The notes beneath the pieces are model-generated. The model did no database searches. It was not told where the DNA came from and was given only the letters and a program-made list of their open reading frames with translations. Shown in pieces: positions 48,252 to 57,230 of a stretch of 64,000 nucleotides of DNA (the stretch's first letter is position 1; every line of letters begins with the position of its first letter). The stretch covers positions 1 through 64,000 of IMG/VR virus record IMGVR_UViG_3300021964_000012; one strand, given 5' to 3'. Both the position numbers and the translations under genes were made by a program.

Positions 48252-48921
48252 GAGCATACGCCTTTATGTTAGGAAATATTTTTGCTATTGCATCAGCACA
48301 GGCATGAGCAATTTGCATATGCTCTAGTTGTGTGCCGTTAGCACCACGCAGATCAATATAGTGTATCCAACTACGTATTGTACCATTCATGTAAAGTCTT
48401 GTTTTTGTTAATCCTTCAGGAAGAATCTTTCTAGCTTGTTCTTTTGCTATGTTGTTTTCAATTGCCCATTCGTATGCTTCTTTGCATGCTTCTATTACTT
48501 TGTCCTGCATTTCAGTCCACTCTTGGTGCAACATAACATTTTCAGTTTGAATACTGTTCTGTCTGTTTTTTGTATCCTGCAATCTGCATTCAGCATACTC
48601 AAACATGTCTCCCATTTCTTGTGGATTCGCATAACGTTGTGAAAATTCTTGAAAACTAAAACTACGATGACGTACTATTTGATGTGCAATATCACGTGTT
48701 GTATCTACTTCTAAGCAGGCACTGGCCATTTCAAATGGTGACCAATGTTTGTGTTTTACCAAATAGTTTAGTAGACGTTCGTGTGTTTCTGTGTTGATTT
48801 GATGATTTGGATTTGAAACTTTTGCACAATAGGCAATTAAATCCTGTATATCTAATAACCCGCCTTCTTCGTAGGTTTCGAATTCACTTGCTTTACTATA
48901 TGATACTAATCTTACGTTCAT
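48238..48921 (-). CDS. thyX: Flavin-dependent thymidylate synthase
   Basis: HWSPFE, RHRSFSFQEFSQRY, KEQARKILP, RSWIHYIDLR. Confidence 0.95.
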   Translation of the reverse strand: MNVRLVSYSKASEFETYEEGGLLDIQDLIAYCAKVSNPNHQINTETHERLLNYLVKHKHWSPFEMASACLEVDTTRDIAHQIVRHRSFSFQEFSQRYANPQEMGDMFEYAECRLQDTKNRQNSIQTENVMLHQEWTEMQDKVIEACKEAYEWAIENNIAKEQARKILPEGLTKTRLYMNGTIRSWIHYIDLRGANGTQLEHMQIAHACADAIAKIFPNIKAYAHGKE

Positions 48922-49220
48922 AGTTTCTCTAAATACCTTTCAGTGAGTGGTTTAATTTTTTTTGCAATGCTTTCAACATCTAGTACAAAATGCAAACGAT
49001 TTACCTGGTTAGAAAATGATGTAAGATGACGATTTACAACTACTTCGATATCTTCAATGTGCAATCCTTGTTTTTTTAACTTTTCTAAATTGATGGTTTT
49101 TTGTTTGCCATCTTGTAATTTGAAAACGACCTTTTTAATATGATCCACCGGAACCATTTCTTGATCAATTTCATTTAGAACCAATCGAAATTTTTCAACA
49201 TCATCTACTGCTATTTGCAT
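48918..49220 (-). CDS. Hypothetical protein
   Basis: Likely start MQIAVDDVEKF at 49220, just after the upstream stop. Confidence 0.6.
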   Translation of the reverse strand: MQIAVDDVEKFRLVLNEIDQEMVPVDHIKKVVFKLQDGKQKTINLEKLKKQGLHIEDIEVVVNRHLTSFSNQVNRLHFVLDVESIAKKIKPLTERYLEKL

Positions 49221-49221
49221 T

Positions 49222-49965
49222 TTATACTTTTGCTTTAGCAGGTCTTCCACGTTTCTTTTTAGCAGGTGCTTCTTGTACACCCATCATGGCATTGGCTTCT
49301 GCTTGCATACGTTGTGATTCTGCTAACAAACTCTGTGCTTCAGCAGCCATTCTTTCTGCTTGAGTTTTCATATTAGATGCTATTGCTTCATCACTGAGTG
49401 CTCCTGTAGTAGGTGCCTGTATTGGTGCGGCAGACTGAGCTCTTTGTGTATTTGCCGCAGCCAATGCAGCCTTGTTACTCTGTTCCATTAGACTTCCTGG
49501 AGCAGGAACATTCACACCTGGACCACCAACATCACGTCCGTAGTCATCTCTGCGTCTGGCTTTACCAGTATAACCCGCGTCAGCATCAAGTTCTGCTAAA
49601 CGTTGTACTGCTTCTTCACCTTTTGCCATCTCATTAACAATACGGTTCATCTCATTGAGGTAAACACTTGAAGTTGGAGTAGGTGTAACAATTATTTGTT
49701 CAGTTTGAACTTTTTTCATCATGCCTTCGACATGTATTCTTTCTAGTATCGAGGTACCATCATTGAATCTTTTGCTCATAAGAGCATTACCTAAGTCAGT
49801 GGCGGCTTGTCCTTCTGTGCTTTCGATAGCCTGCATTAGACTGTCATGCATGCTCTGTTGCATTGTTTCTGGGTATACTACCAAGCACATATGCTCTTCA
49901 CCGGGAACTTCTCTAAATATTATAGCAACCTTTCGATCGCCGTGTTTACCAACATGTTTAATCAT
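49222..49965 (-). CDS. Hypothetical protein with Ala/Gln-rich coiled C-terminus
   Basis: MIKHVGKHGDRKVAIIFREVPGEEHMCLVVY; SD AGGAG. Confidence 0.7.
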   Translation of the reverse strand: MIKHVGKHGDRKVAIIFREVPGEEHMCLVVYPETMQQSMHDSLMQAIESTEGQAATDLGNALMSKRFNDGTSILERIHVEGMMKKVQTEQIIVTPTPTSSVYLNEMNRIVNEMAKGEEAVQRLAELDADAGYTGKARRRDDYGRDVGGPGVNVPAPGSLMEQSNKAALAAANTQRAQSAAPIQAPTTGALSDEAIASNMKTQAERMAAEAQSLLAESQRMQAEANAMMGVQEAPAKKKRGRPAKAKV

Positions 49966-50215
49966 TTTTTGTTTCTCCTTGCTCTTCGGACGTCTCCTCA
50001 GATGCTGTTTCTACCTTAGGTTCCTGTTGTTGTAACCATACGGTAATCTTATTATAGACAAAACCAACTGTGGCTAGCTCATCTGCTTTCCAAGCATTTC
50101 TGTCTGTAGCAGTTTCAATAATGGTTTTACAGAACTTGATATCTGTCAGTGTTAATTGTACTGGTTCCTCACTTGAACCTGATTCCAATTTAATTTCTTT
50201 GTTTTCTTCTGACAT
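49958..50215 (-). CDS. Small hypothetical protein
   Basis: LTLTDI..IIE.A..R.AWKA.EL..VG.VYNK; SD AAGGAG; TAAATA upstream. Confidence 0.7.
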   Translation of the reverse strand: MSEENKEIKLESGSSEEPVQLTLTDIKFCKTIIETATDRNAWKADELATVGFVYNKITVWLQQQEPKVETASEETSEEQGETKND

Positions 50216-50240
50216 TATATTAGTTATCTCCTTTATCGTT

Positions 50241-50258
50241 AACTACGTAGTTTATTTA
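50241..50258 (-). promoter_or_regulatory. Second copy of AACTACGTAGTT palindrome fused to a TAAATA late motif
   Basis: 50241-50256 identical to 1475-1490; TAAATA on - at 50253-50258. Confidence 0.7.
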
Positions 50259-50279
50259 ATAGTTTAATACATCCAGGTA

Positions 50280-50453
50280 TTATTTTTCCATAAAGCAGGC
50301 AGTTTCTGGATCATTCCATTCTAATTCATACTTGCTACGTATAAACCAATCTCTTGGACATGCCCATTCTGGTGCATCACTATAGTCATGATTGGTTACT
50401 TCTTCTAAACAAGTGATTTCTTCGAGATCTAAATGGTCAGGATCATGAATCAT
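50280..50453 (-). CDS. Small acidic protein, 57 aa
   Basis: MIHDPDHLDLEEI..; the longer 131-aa call overlaps the VWA gene, so the start was moved to 50453. Confidence 0.5.
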   Translation of the reverse strand: MIHDPDHLDLEEITCLEEVTNHDYSDAPEWACPRDWFIRSKYELEWNDPETACFMEK

Positions 50454-51705
50454 CTTCGTATAGTGCCCATGTACCAAAGGGCGGATTAGGATTCTTATCG
50501 CCATGTATAATAAAAACTGTATCACAGTAGTTAGGATCGCCCCATGAATCAAATGGATAACCATCTGTAAACATAACCAATCTTTTAGGATCAATACCTT
50601 CTTCTTTAAGGTAGTCAAACACACAATCAAAGTCAGTACCACCACCACCTTTGATCTCGTACTCGTCGATAGCATCTATGTTATCGTCAGTAAATGTTTG
50701 TACATTATAAACACTAGTATCAAAACAACATATAGTAACACGGAACTGCCCATACTCTTCCATAATTCCTTTGACTTCACTCATAAAGTCTCTACCTTGC
50801 TCTGCGCCAATTGAACCACTCATGTCTAATGCACAAAAGATATCAACATATTCGTCGTTGTCCATACCTGGAAGTATAGCATCCATGTGCCAGCCCTTAC
50901 GATGCATACGTTTAAATGTGTAGTCAGACTTGATAGTTGACTGCATCTGCATACGTAACAGTTCTCTCCAGTTTAATTTAGGCTCGGTGAGTTGTGCAAC
51001 AATACGTTTTACCCCTGCTGGTACGTTGCCAGGATCTGATGCCTGTGCGGCACTCAGCATGGCTTCTTTTATTTCTTCTTTAATCTTTTCACGTTCTTCT
51101 TTTGAATATTTTGTAGGTCCTTTACCTTCTTCGTCATTGTCGCCATCACCTTCTTTACCATCCAAGTGCTGATCAATCAACTGTTTTACAAGCTCATCCA
51201 TATCGATCTTATCAGCATTCTCATAAAGGTCGTCATATACTTCTTCTGAACTCCAACCTTCATACTTAACATCATACAAACATGGAACAGTCTTAATAAA
51301 CTCGCCTACTCTGTGTTTTTGTAGATCAGCATTTACACAATAGTCAGCAGCTATGTTGTGCAACTGAGGATCTCTGTCACCACGTCTACCAAAATGATCA
51401 TATACACAATGCAATACTTCATGTCCAAAAAGAAATTCAACTTCTTTAGGACGTAGCATTTTAATAAACTTTGAATTGTAGTAGAAGTTTCTACCATCAG
51501 TTGCGGCAGTTGCACACCATTCATCAGCATTGACTAGTTTCAATCTAGTAGCAAGGTTACCAAAAAAACTAGCACGTAACAACATACCAACACGGGCAGT
51601 AATTAATATTTCACGTACTTCTCTATCACGTGCAGGATCCATTGGACCTAGTATATCTTTAAATTTGTCTGCTAAGTCTTTGTTTACTGTTGTATCTTGC
51701 GACAT
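50443..51705 (-). CDS. HExxH metallopeptidase-like + VWA domain protein (DUF2201-type)
   Basis: TAATDG, HEVLH, DMSGS (MIDAS), GGGGTDF, FTDG. Confidence 0.88.
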   Translation of the reverse strand: MSQDTTVNKDLADKFKDILGPMDPARDREVREILITARVGMLLRASFFGNLATRLKLVNADEWCATAATDGRNFYYNSKFIKMLRPKEVEFLFGHEVLHCVYDHFGRRGDRDPQLHNIAADYCVNADLQKHRVGEFIKTVPCLYDVKYEGWSSEEVYDDLYENADKIDMDELVKQLIDQHLDGKEGDGDNDEEGKGPTKYSKEEREKIKEEIKEAMLSAAQASDPGNVPAGVKRIVAQLTEPKLNWRELLRMQMQSTIKSDYTFKRMHRKGWHMDAILPGMDNDEYVDIFCALDMSGSIGAEQGRDFMSEVKGIMEEYGQFRVTICCFDTSVYNVQTFTDDNIDAIDEYEIKGGGGTDFDCVFDYLKEEGIDPKRLVMFTDGYPFDSWGDPNYCDTVFIIHGDKNPNPPFGTWALYEDDS

Positions 51706-51735
51706 GTGCTACTCCTAATTTCTAACTGTATATAC

Positions 51736-51765
51736 ATTGTAACACATATTGTGAAAGTGTCAACC
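51736..51765 (-). promoter_or_regulatory. Early sigma70-type promoter GGTTGACA-16-TACAAT (TGn extended)
   Basis: -35 at 51758-51763, -10 at 51736-51741, followed by GTATATACAGTTAGAAA and AGGAG. Confidence 0.8.
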
Positions 51766-51948
51766 TAATTTGCCATTTAGAGGCACGATTGTTATTAATA
51801 TATTCCAATTATCAGGATCACTAAATTCAAGACTTTCTTCACCGCCGGCATCTGCAAGTTCTTTGTTTTCATACACACCAACTAACTGTCTATAGTCTGA
51901 ATGTCTTTTCTGTTTTTCAACAACATACATACTAGTTCCAGTATTCAT
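51760..51948 (-). CDS. Hypothetical protein
   Basis: 62-aa ORF coupled to the Smr gene. Confidence 0.5.
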   Translation of the reverse strand: MNTGTSMYVVEKQKRHSDYRQLVGVYENKELADAGGEESLEFSDPDNWNILITIVPLNGKLG

Positions 51949-52169
51949 CTAAGTCTCACTTTCCAACTGCCACGATTATATGGTTCAGTTTCCCATTTAC
52001 GGACATGGTTAGAGGCCTCGCACCAGCTGGGGAATTCTTTTTGTATGGCGCCGTGACCGGTGATAACTCGTATTTCTTTTTCTTTGTCTAGCCATTTTTC
52101 ATATGCAAATGCTATGAATAACTTCCATGCATCATGTACGGTTCTACCATGTAGATCAATTGTTTTCAT
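51945..52169 (-). CDS. Stand-alone Smr-domain nuclease
   Basis: IDLHG..A...F....IRVITGHG..; 74 aa. Confidence 0.8.
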   Translation of the reverse strand: MKTIDLHGRTVHDAWKLFIAFAYEKWLDKEKEIRVITGHGAIQKEFPSWCEASNHVRKWETEPYNRGSWKVRLR

Positions 52170-52518
52170 CTTTCGCCCATTTAAGTTTAAAGAAGCTAAC
52201 TTCTTTTTCGCTTTTCATGTATAAACGTAAATTTTCACTTCCGTTTGTCCAACTCCACTGCTGATTAACAAAATGTGGTGCATCACTGTTAGGAACATTA
52301 AACTGTTGGCGTTTTAGCAACATTCCTCTAATGTACATGAAGTCACGTACTTCAGCACTATACCCATAGGTTTCTATCATCCAGCCCATACAAGTATGAA
52401 AATCAAATGGTCCAAATGTGCTGCGTTGAAACTCTATACAATATTCAAAGTAATTATTATATGCATAACGTCCGTCAAGTTTTTTAACAGTGTATTTCAT
52501 GCTAGTATTTAAGTCCAA
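52156..52518 (-). CDS. Hypothetical protein (F..E.D/E..F.LKW family)
   Basis: C-terminus LRLYMKSEKEVSFFKLKW. Confidence 0.6.
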   Translation of the reverse strand: MDLNTSMKYTVKKLDGRYAYNNYFEYCIEFQRSTFGPFDFHTCMGWMIETYGYSAEVRDFMYIRGMLLKRQQFNVPNSDAPHFVNQQWSWTNGSENLRLYMKSEKEVSFFKLKWAKDENN

Positions 52519-52813
52519 ACATCACTGCGTCTGATTCTTTTTTAAAGTAGAATATCACATGCCATTCGTTCACTGCCACACCACGCCATTCTGGATCTTC
52601 CATCATTTTACGTTGCCATTCATGATCTAGCATCCAAGCCCAACGTTCACTAGGACGTCCAAAATCTTGATGTACCTGTTTAAGTAGGTTGGTCCATTCT
52701 CGAGGATCATAAGGTGTATAACGACGAGGCACTTGAACATAATCTTTCAAGTGCCTCTGAAGTATAGTGTCTATGTCATCCATAGCACCTGTAATTTGGT
52801 TGAGGGCCTGCAT
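52502..52813 (-). CDS. Hypothetical protein (F..E.D/E..F.LKW family)
   Basis: C-terminus IFYFKKESDAVMFGLKY. Confidence 0.6.
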   Translation of the reverse strand: MQALNQITGAMDDIDTILQRHLKDYVQVPRRYTPYDPREWTNLLKQVHQDFGRPSERWAWMLDHEWQRKMMEDPEWRGVAVNEWHVIFYFKKESDAVMFGLKY

Positions 52814-52862
52814 AGTTATGCCTTAGGTGTTACAGTTAGAAAATGGCCCTCAACCAATTCTG

Positions 52863-53957
52863 TTATCCTTGACTAGCAAGTATGTACTTGCCATAACGTT
52901 GATGAAACTCATCAAAGTTTTTAAGTTTAGTAGGTTGAAACGGAATAGCATATGTTGTCAATGCAATCCTTGCACCCATAACAACCAACTCAGTTTCAAA
53001 GTTATCCATCATAAACCTAAAGAAGTTATCACTCATCTTGTGAAACTCAGCATCTTTAACAGTTGCTAATGCTTCTTTAAGCTCATAACACATACTAATA
53101 GTAAGTGAATACATTGCACTAACTTCTTGCACATCCAGTTTGCTAACCTTACCAGCAAGCACATCTGTTGGATTAGGAAGTTTACCAGCAATCTTTCTGT
53201 GTGCTTGAAACTTAACTGCAAGACCTTCACCAATGGTACCAGCAATCAGATCAGTTGCAGTGGTTTCCGTCATGTCCTCTTCAATAAGTTCGCTTACAAA
53301 ACTCCATGATCTTGGAGTAGCAAAAGCTCTACTTGCACTCTTTGCATCAAAATCATACAAGTCCTGTTTAGCAAAACTCAAGTAACCTACTACATCAGGA
53401 TGTATACCATTTTCAACGGCCCAATCAAACCATGCTTCATAGTCTGCACGTATCTCTACGTGTACAAATCTATTTGCAAGTGGAGTAGGCATTCTAAAGG
53501 TAACACCTTTGTCTGACTCTCTGTTACCAGCGGCAATAATAACCACATTGTCCGGCAATACATACTTGCCTAATCTTCTGTTAAGCACCAACTGGTAAGC
53601 GGCGGCTTGTACACTAGCAGGTGCACTATTCATTTCATCCAAGAATACTGTGATCATTGGATAGTCTTTGGCAAATTCTGGTGATGGAAGATCAATAGGC
53701 GGAGCCCAATCCATTACGCCTAGTTCTTTGTTGAAGTAGGGCATACCTCTAAGGTCTGTTGGATCCATTTGACCTAAACGTAAATCAAACATATAACCTC
53801 CAGCATCATTGGTAATCTGCTGAACTATATCTGACTTACCAACACCTGGAGGTCCCCATAAAAATATTGGTCTTTGTTTTTTGAATGCTACTTTAATTGC
53901 ACTTTTTGCACCAGCAGTAGTAACTGTTCTGTATTCAATTTGACTTGAACTTGACAT
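52863..53957 (-). CDS. MoxR-like AAA+ ATPase
   Basis: GPPGVGKS (Walker A), VFLDEMN (Walker B), AAGNR, LANRF, TPRSW. Confidence 0.9.
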   Translation of the reverse strand: MSSSSQIEYRTVTTAGAKSAIKVAFKKQRPIFLWGPPGVGKSDIVQQITNDAGGYMFDLRLGQMDPTDLRGMPYFNKELGVMDWAPPIDLPSPEFAKDYPMITVFLDEMNSAPASVQAAAYQLVLNRRLGKYVLPDNVVIIAAGNRESDKGVTFRMPTPLANRFVHVEIRADYEAWFDWAVENGIHPDVVGYLSFAKQDLYDFDAKSASRAFATPRSWSFVSELIEEDMTETTATDLIAGTIGEGLAVKFQAHRKIAGKLPNPTDVLAGKVSKLDVQEVSAMYSLTISMCYELKEALATVKDAEFHKMSDNFFRFMMDNFETELVVMGARIALTTYAIPFQPTKLKNFDEFHQRYGKYILASQG

Positions 53958-53988
53958 AAGCTATCTCCTTGTTTCTAACTGTATATAC

Positions 53989-54018
53989 ATAGTAACACAG
54001 GATTATATTATGTCAACC
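53989..54018 (-). promoter_or_regulatory. Early promoter GGTTGACA-16-TACTAT
   Basis: -35 at 54011-54016, -10 at 53989-53994; 27/28 nt shared with the VWA promoter-leader. Confidence 0.8.
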
Positions 54019-54024
54019 AGTTTT

Positions 54025-55110
54025 TTACGGAAGATAGTTATTTTTATATACAGAAATACTTTCTAAATTTTTTGGATTGAGCTTTTTAATTACAGCCTTG
54101 CTTAATCCACCATGCATTACTTGATCAAGGACAACATCTGGTTCGGCATACAAACATTCAATTGCAATATCAAGATTTCTCAAAGGTGTAAAAGTAATAG
54201 CATTATCAAGATGCCACATTTGAAAATCGTTTAAGGCAACATTGGCAGTATGATTAAATCCTTCATCTTGGTCGTAAAATATTTCATTACGTTTTAATAT
54301 CTTATTTCGATACTTTTCATTGAAGAATCCCTTCATATAACAGCTATCAATGTTGTCAAATTCTTGGCATAAATCAATTCCGTGACAATCTAGAAGCCAT
54401 TGAACAAACATGGGATTTCTTAAAAGTAATTCATCGCCAGAAAACCCTGTAAGTTGCATATGTGGAGTGTCGATAACGTGCATTTGATCGTAACCCCAAC
54501 CTAAATTAGATAAGTCTTGTTTGGTCGAAGATTGGTTACCAGTAGAATATTCTATGTTACAATAATCAAATGCACTTTTAACCATAGCAACATCAACACC
54601 TGGGCTATCTGCCGCTATTAGCGGAATGGTAGTTTCAAGTTGTTGTGTTACTGTAATCAAATAATTGCACACTACATCAACTAGTTCAGTCTTATTGTAA
54701 ATTTTGTGATCAGAATCAAAACTAATTGAATATTTTTCATCAGCCTGTTTCCATCTCCATTCATCATTCACGTTGATTGCAGTGCCATTGAAATAAATTG
54801 TTTCTAATAGGTTATCATTGATATTTGTTAATATATCTTTGTTTAAAAATAATGGAAAGCCTCGAGAATCGTCGTAGTAGATAGCAGGTGTGTGAGAAAA
54901 ATCCAAAATTACATAGTTGCCTCTGGTAGTACTAAAGTTATAAGATTGTACTTTGCTTTCTAAATTTTCACCAATGGTATAGCCTTTATAAAAGATATTA
55001 TTGAATCTTTGCCAGCCTTTGTCTAGTTGTATATAATAGTCTTTTACTTTGTATGTCGTGCTTAGGGGTTTTTTGTACTCTGATTCAGTACGAGAAATAT
55101 AGAAAAACAT
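54025..55110 (-). CDS. Degenerate asparagine-synthetase-like (adenylating) protein
   Basis: DDSRGFPLF, DSPGVD in place of SGGxDS, LTGFSGDEL. Confidence 0.5.
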   Translation of the reverse strand: MFFYISRTESEYKKPLSTTYKVKDYYIQLDKGWQRFNNIFYKGYTIGENLESKVQSYNFSTTRGNYVILDFSHTPAIYYDDSRGFPLFLNKDILTNINDNLLETIYFNGTAINVNDEWRWKQADEKYSISFDSDHKIYNKTELVDVVCNYLITVTQQLETTIPLIAADSPGVDVAMVKSAFDYCNIEYSTGNQSSTKQDLSNLGWGYDQMHVIDTPHMQLTGFSGDELLLRNPMFVQWLLDCHGIDLCQEFDNIDSCYMKGFFNEKYRNKILKRNEIFYDQDEGFNHTANVALNDFQMWHLDNAITFTPLRNLDIAIECLYAEPDVVLDQVMHGGLSKAVIKKLNPKNLESISVYKNNYLP

Positions 55111-55125
55111 AAAGACCTTTTTAGT

Positions 55126-55383
55126 TTATTTTCTTTTTTCTTTTCCGCCACCTGTCCAAACATCACGTGCATTTACACGTATGTAACGTTTGTTGGTTTC
55201 GTTGGTGTTTGGGTTAGGGATAGTAATCATAACACGTCTACCTCTTTTAAATGCCGCAAGTTGATTGTTTAATCTTTCAACACTCTGCATATATTCTTTT
55301 CTCAGTGCTTTTGATGCATGCTTGTATGAATTGCCTACCATGCCTTTTGAGGTTTGACTGGTTCTTGATTTCTTTTTACCCAT
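55126..55383 (-). CDS. Small basic hypothetical protein
   Basis: MGKKKSRTSQTSKG..ITIPNPNTNETNKRYIRV; start moved to 55383. Confidence 0.7.
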   Translation of the reverse strand: MGKKKSRTSQTSKGMVGNSYKHASKALRKEYMQSVERLNNQLAAFKRGRRVMITIPNPNTNETNKRYIRVNARDVWTGGGKEKRK

Positions 55384-55567
55384 TTGCTTTTTCCCATTCT
55401 TTTTCAAATCTATCTAGTGTACAAGGCAGTCTTTCGCAGTTGCCCCATAGCCTTTTGATGTATGCTCGTTCCATACGTTCAATGTCTGACACATTCCATG
55501 AATCTGGAATTAATTGTCCTTTTACTGCAAACATTAATTCATTTTGAAACCGATTACCGTTTGGCAT
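55376..55567 (-). CDS. Hypothetical protein
   Basis: Likely start MPNGNRF at 55567, coupled to neighbours. Confidence 0.5.
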   Translation of the reverse strand: MPNGNRFQNELMFAVKGQLIPDSWNVSDIERMERAYIKRLWGNCERLPCTLDRFEKEWEKANG

Positions 55568-55766
55568 ATAAATTCTCCCAATATTTAAGTCTATCTGCCC
55601 AAGGTGTGCGATTTTTATCGTGTTCAATTAACTTTTTCATGTAGTGTGCATGGCCACCGTCCCATGGTGTTTTAGTACCAAATCCACATTTCAGCTGATA
55701 TATCTGCAAGCCGTCATCATCATATTCCCACAATCGAAGATCAGGATCTAGTTCAATTTCATTCAT
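55554..55766 (-). CDS. Hypothetical protein
   Basis: 70-aa ORF with ATGA coupling. Confidence 0.55.
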   Translation of the reverse strand: MNEIELDPDLRLWEYDDDGLQIYQLKCGFGTKTPWDGGHAHYMKKLIEHDKNRTPWADRLKYWENLYAKR

Positions 55767-55870
55767 AGTTGATCCTTAAAAATAACAAACACTCCAATGA
55801 TTTGTAGCATTAGAAACACAAACGTGAAAAGCAGTTGTCCTAGTAATTCACGAAGTTCATCTCTTTTCAT
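55763..55870 (-). CDS. Small membrane protein, 35 aa
   Basis: MKRDELRELLGQLLFTFVFLMLQIIGVFVIFKDQL fills the gap. Confidence 0.5.
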   Translation of the reverse strand: MKRDELRELLGQLLFTFVFLMLQIIGVFVIFKDQL

Positions 55871-55878
55871 TGTGATAT

Positions 55879-56478
55879 TTATTTCTTCTGTTGTGACCGT
55901 TCAAACATTTGACTAACCAATGGCAAACTTACTGGATGTTCACTACAACGTTGTGTACCTTCAATGGTGCTTTCAATCAAGAATGCAGTCTCTGGTGGTT
56001 CTTGCCCCATTGGGCAACTACATACAGCCAATCCGTTTTTGTCTATTTTGCAGTTCCAACTGAAGCAATTACTTGCTCGATGTCCTTGTTTGAGGCTGGC
56101 TGGACATTCAACAATGTTTCCTCTCATTTTTTCTGTGTTATGAGAAAAATCATTTTGTTGTCTTGGATAATCAGCTCTTGGCCAAAACGTACTCCATACT
56201 GAATTTTCGCCTGTTGGTTCACAACTTGTCATGTTTCCTGCACTTAGATCAGCTATGTTATCACCAAATAATATAGGACAAGTACATTTCACTTCTGGAA
56301 ATGATTCTCCAGATTGATTGGTAATTGTTCCACCTGTTGGTTTGCATGCACTAGCGGCACACAATGCAAATTGTCCATGACATATGGTAATACCTTTATC
56401 TGCAAATGCAGAAGCACTCCAAAGAAGTGCAAGCAGTGTAACTAAGAATATTCTAATGTTAAATTTATGTATTTTCAT
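55879..56478 (-). CDS. Secreted cysteine-rich protein
   Basis: Signal peptide ending SASAFA; 12 Cys in the mature part. Confidence 0.7.
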   Translation of the reverse strand: MKIHKFNIRIFLVTLLALLWSASAFADKGITICHGQFALCAASACKPTGGTITNQSGESFPEVKCTCPILFGDNIADLSAGNMTSCEPTGENSVWSTFWPRADYPRQQNDFSHNTEKMRGNIVECPASLKQGHRASNCFSWNCKIDKNGLAVCSCPMGQEPPETAFLIESTIEGTQRCSEHPVSLPLVSQMFERSQQKK

Positions 56479-56972
56479 TCATGTTCTCCCCCGGGATCAT
56501 TTTTATCTAACTTGATTTTTTCACCGTTCACCCACATATAGCCTCTACTTCTGCTTGGTGTGTGATATCCATTGTTTAAAAAGAAACTGGGCTTACGTTT
56601 TGCAGTCTCAAATATCACAACTGTTGCAACAATACCTGCAATTAACAATGTGTGTGCTACTGCGGTATAGGCAAATACTGTTAAACTGCCCAAGCCCATG
56701 CTAAAAATAATACACCACATCCATGCTAATACCTGCATGACCATGTGTCTTACATTTGTGTCTGGAATAGCACTAAGAGGATTTCGTCGATCATCCATTA
56801 TACTATTCCAACAACTAACAATCCATTCTTTCATCGGATAAACTCCTTTTTCAAATGTCACTTTTATTGGATAATTTGCATCGACAACATCTTTGAAATC
56901 AATTGCATCATATCTTGAATTAAAATATTGCACAATTTTTGTTTCACGCCAATAGCCTGTGACTCTATACAT
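56475..56972 (-). CDS. Membrane protein
   Basis: NPLSAIPD..RHMVMQVLAWMWC, two hydrophobic segments. Confidence 0.65.
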   Translation of the reverse strand: MYRVTGYWRETKIVQYFNSRYDAIDFKDVVDANYPIKVTFEKGVYPMKEWIVSCWNSIMDDRRNPLSAIPDTNVRHMVMQVLAWMWCIIFSMGLGSLTVFAYTAVAHTLLIAGIVATVVIFETAKRKPSFFLNNGYHTPSRSRGYMWVNGEKIKLDKNDPGGEHE

Positions 56973-57230
56973 TTAGTTATCAAGGATGGGGTCTGTTTCT
57001 TTAGGAAAATGCTGTCGATATTTGTTTACCATCAACTCTCTATTTTCTTCAATTGATATCAGCCCTGCTTCAATTTCCCTAAGAGCAGTCATTCCTCTTT
57101 TGTTAAAATGCGGAGTCAATGGCTGATTGTCAGCACTGTAACTTCTTGCTCTTGTGGATGCAGCCATAATTAAATCATATCTACTTCCGCCTACGTTTTT
57201 TGTGCCTTTGGTATTACTGATTCTTGCCAT
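56973..57230 (-). CDS. RNA polymerase omega-subunit-like protein
   Basis: SRYDLIMAASTRAR...MTALREIEAGLI resembles RpoZ helices 1-3. Confidence 0.7.
   Translation of the reverse strand: MARISNTKGTKNVGGSRYDLIMAASTRARSYSADNQPLTPHFNKRGMTALREIEAGLISIEENRELMVNKYRQHFPKETDPILDN

Noticed and set aside
50454-50675. N-terminal extension of the 131-aa ORF
   Set aside because: Overlaps the VWA gene in another frame; only the last 57 codons are plausible
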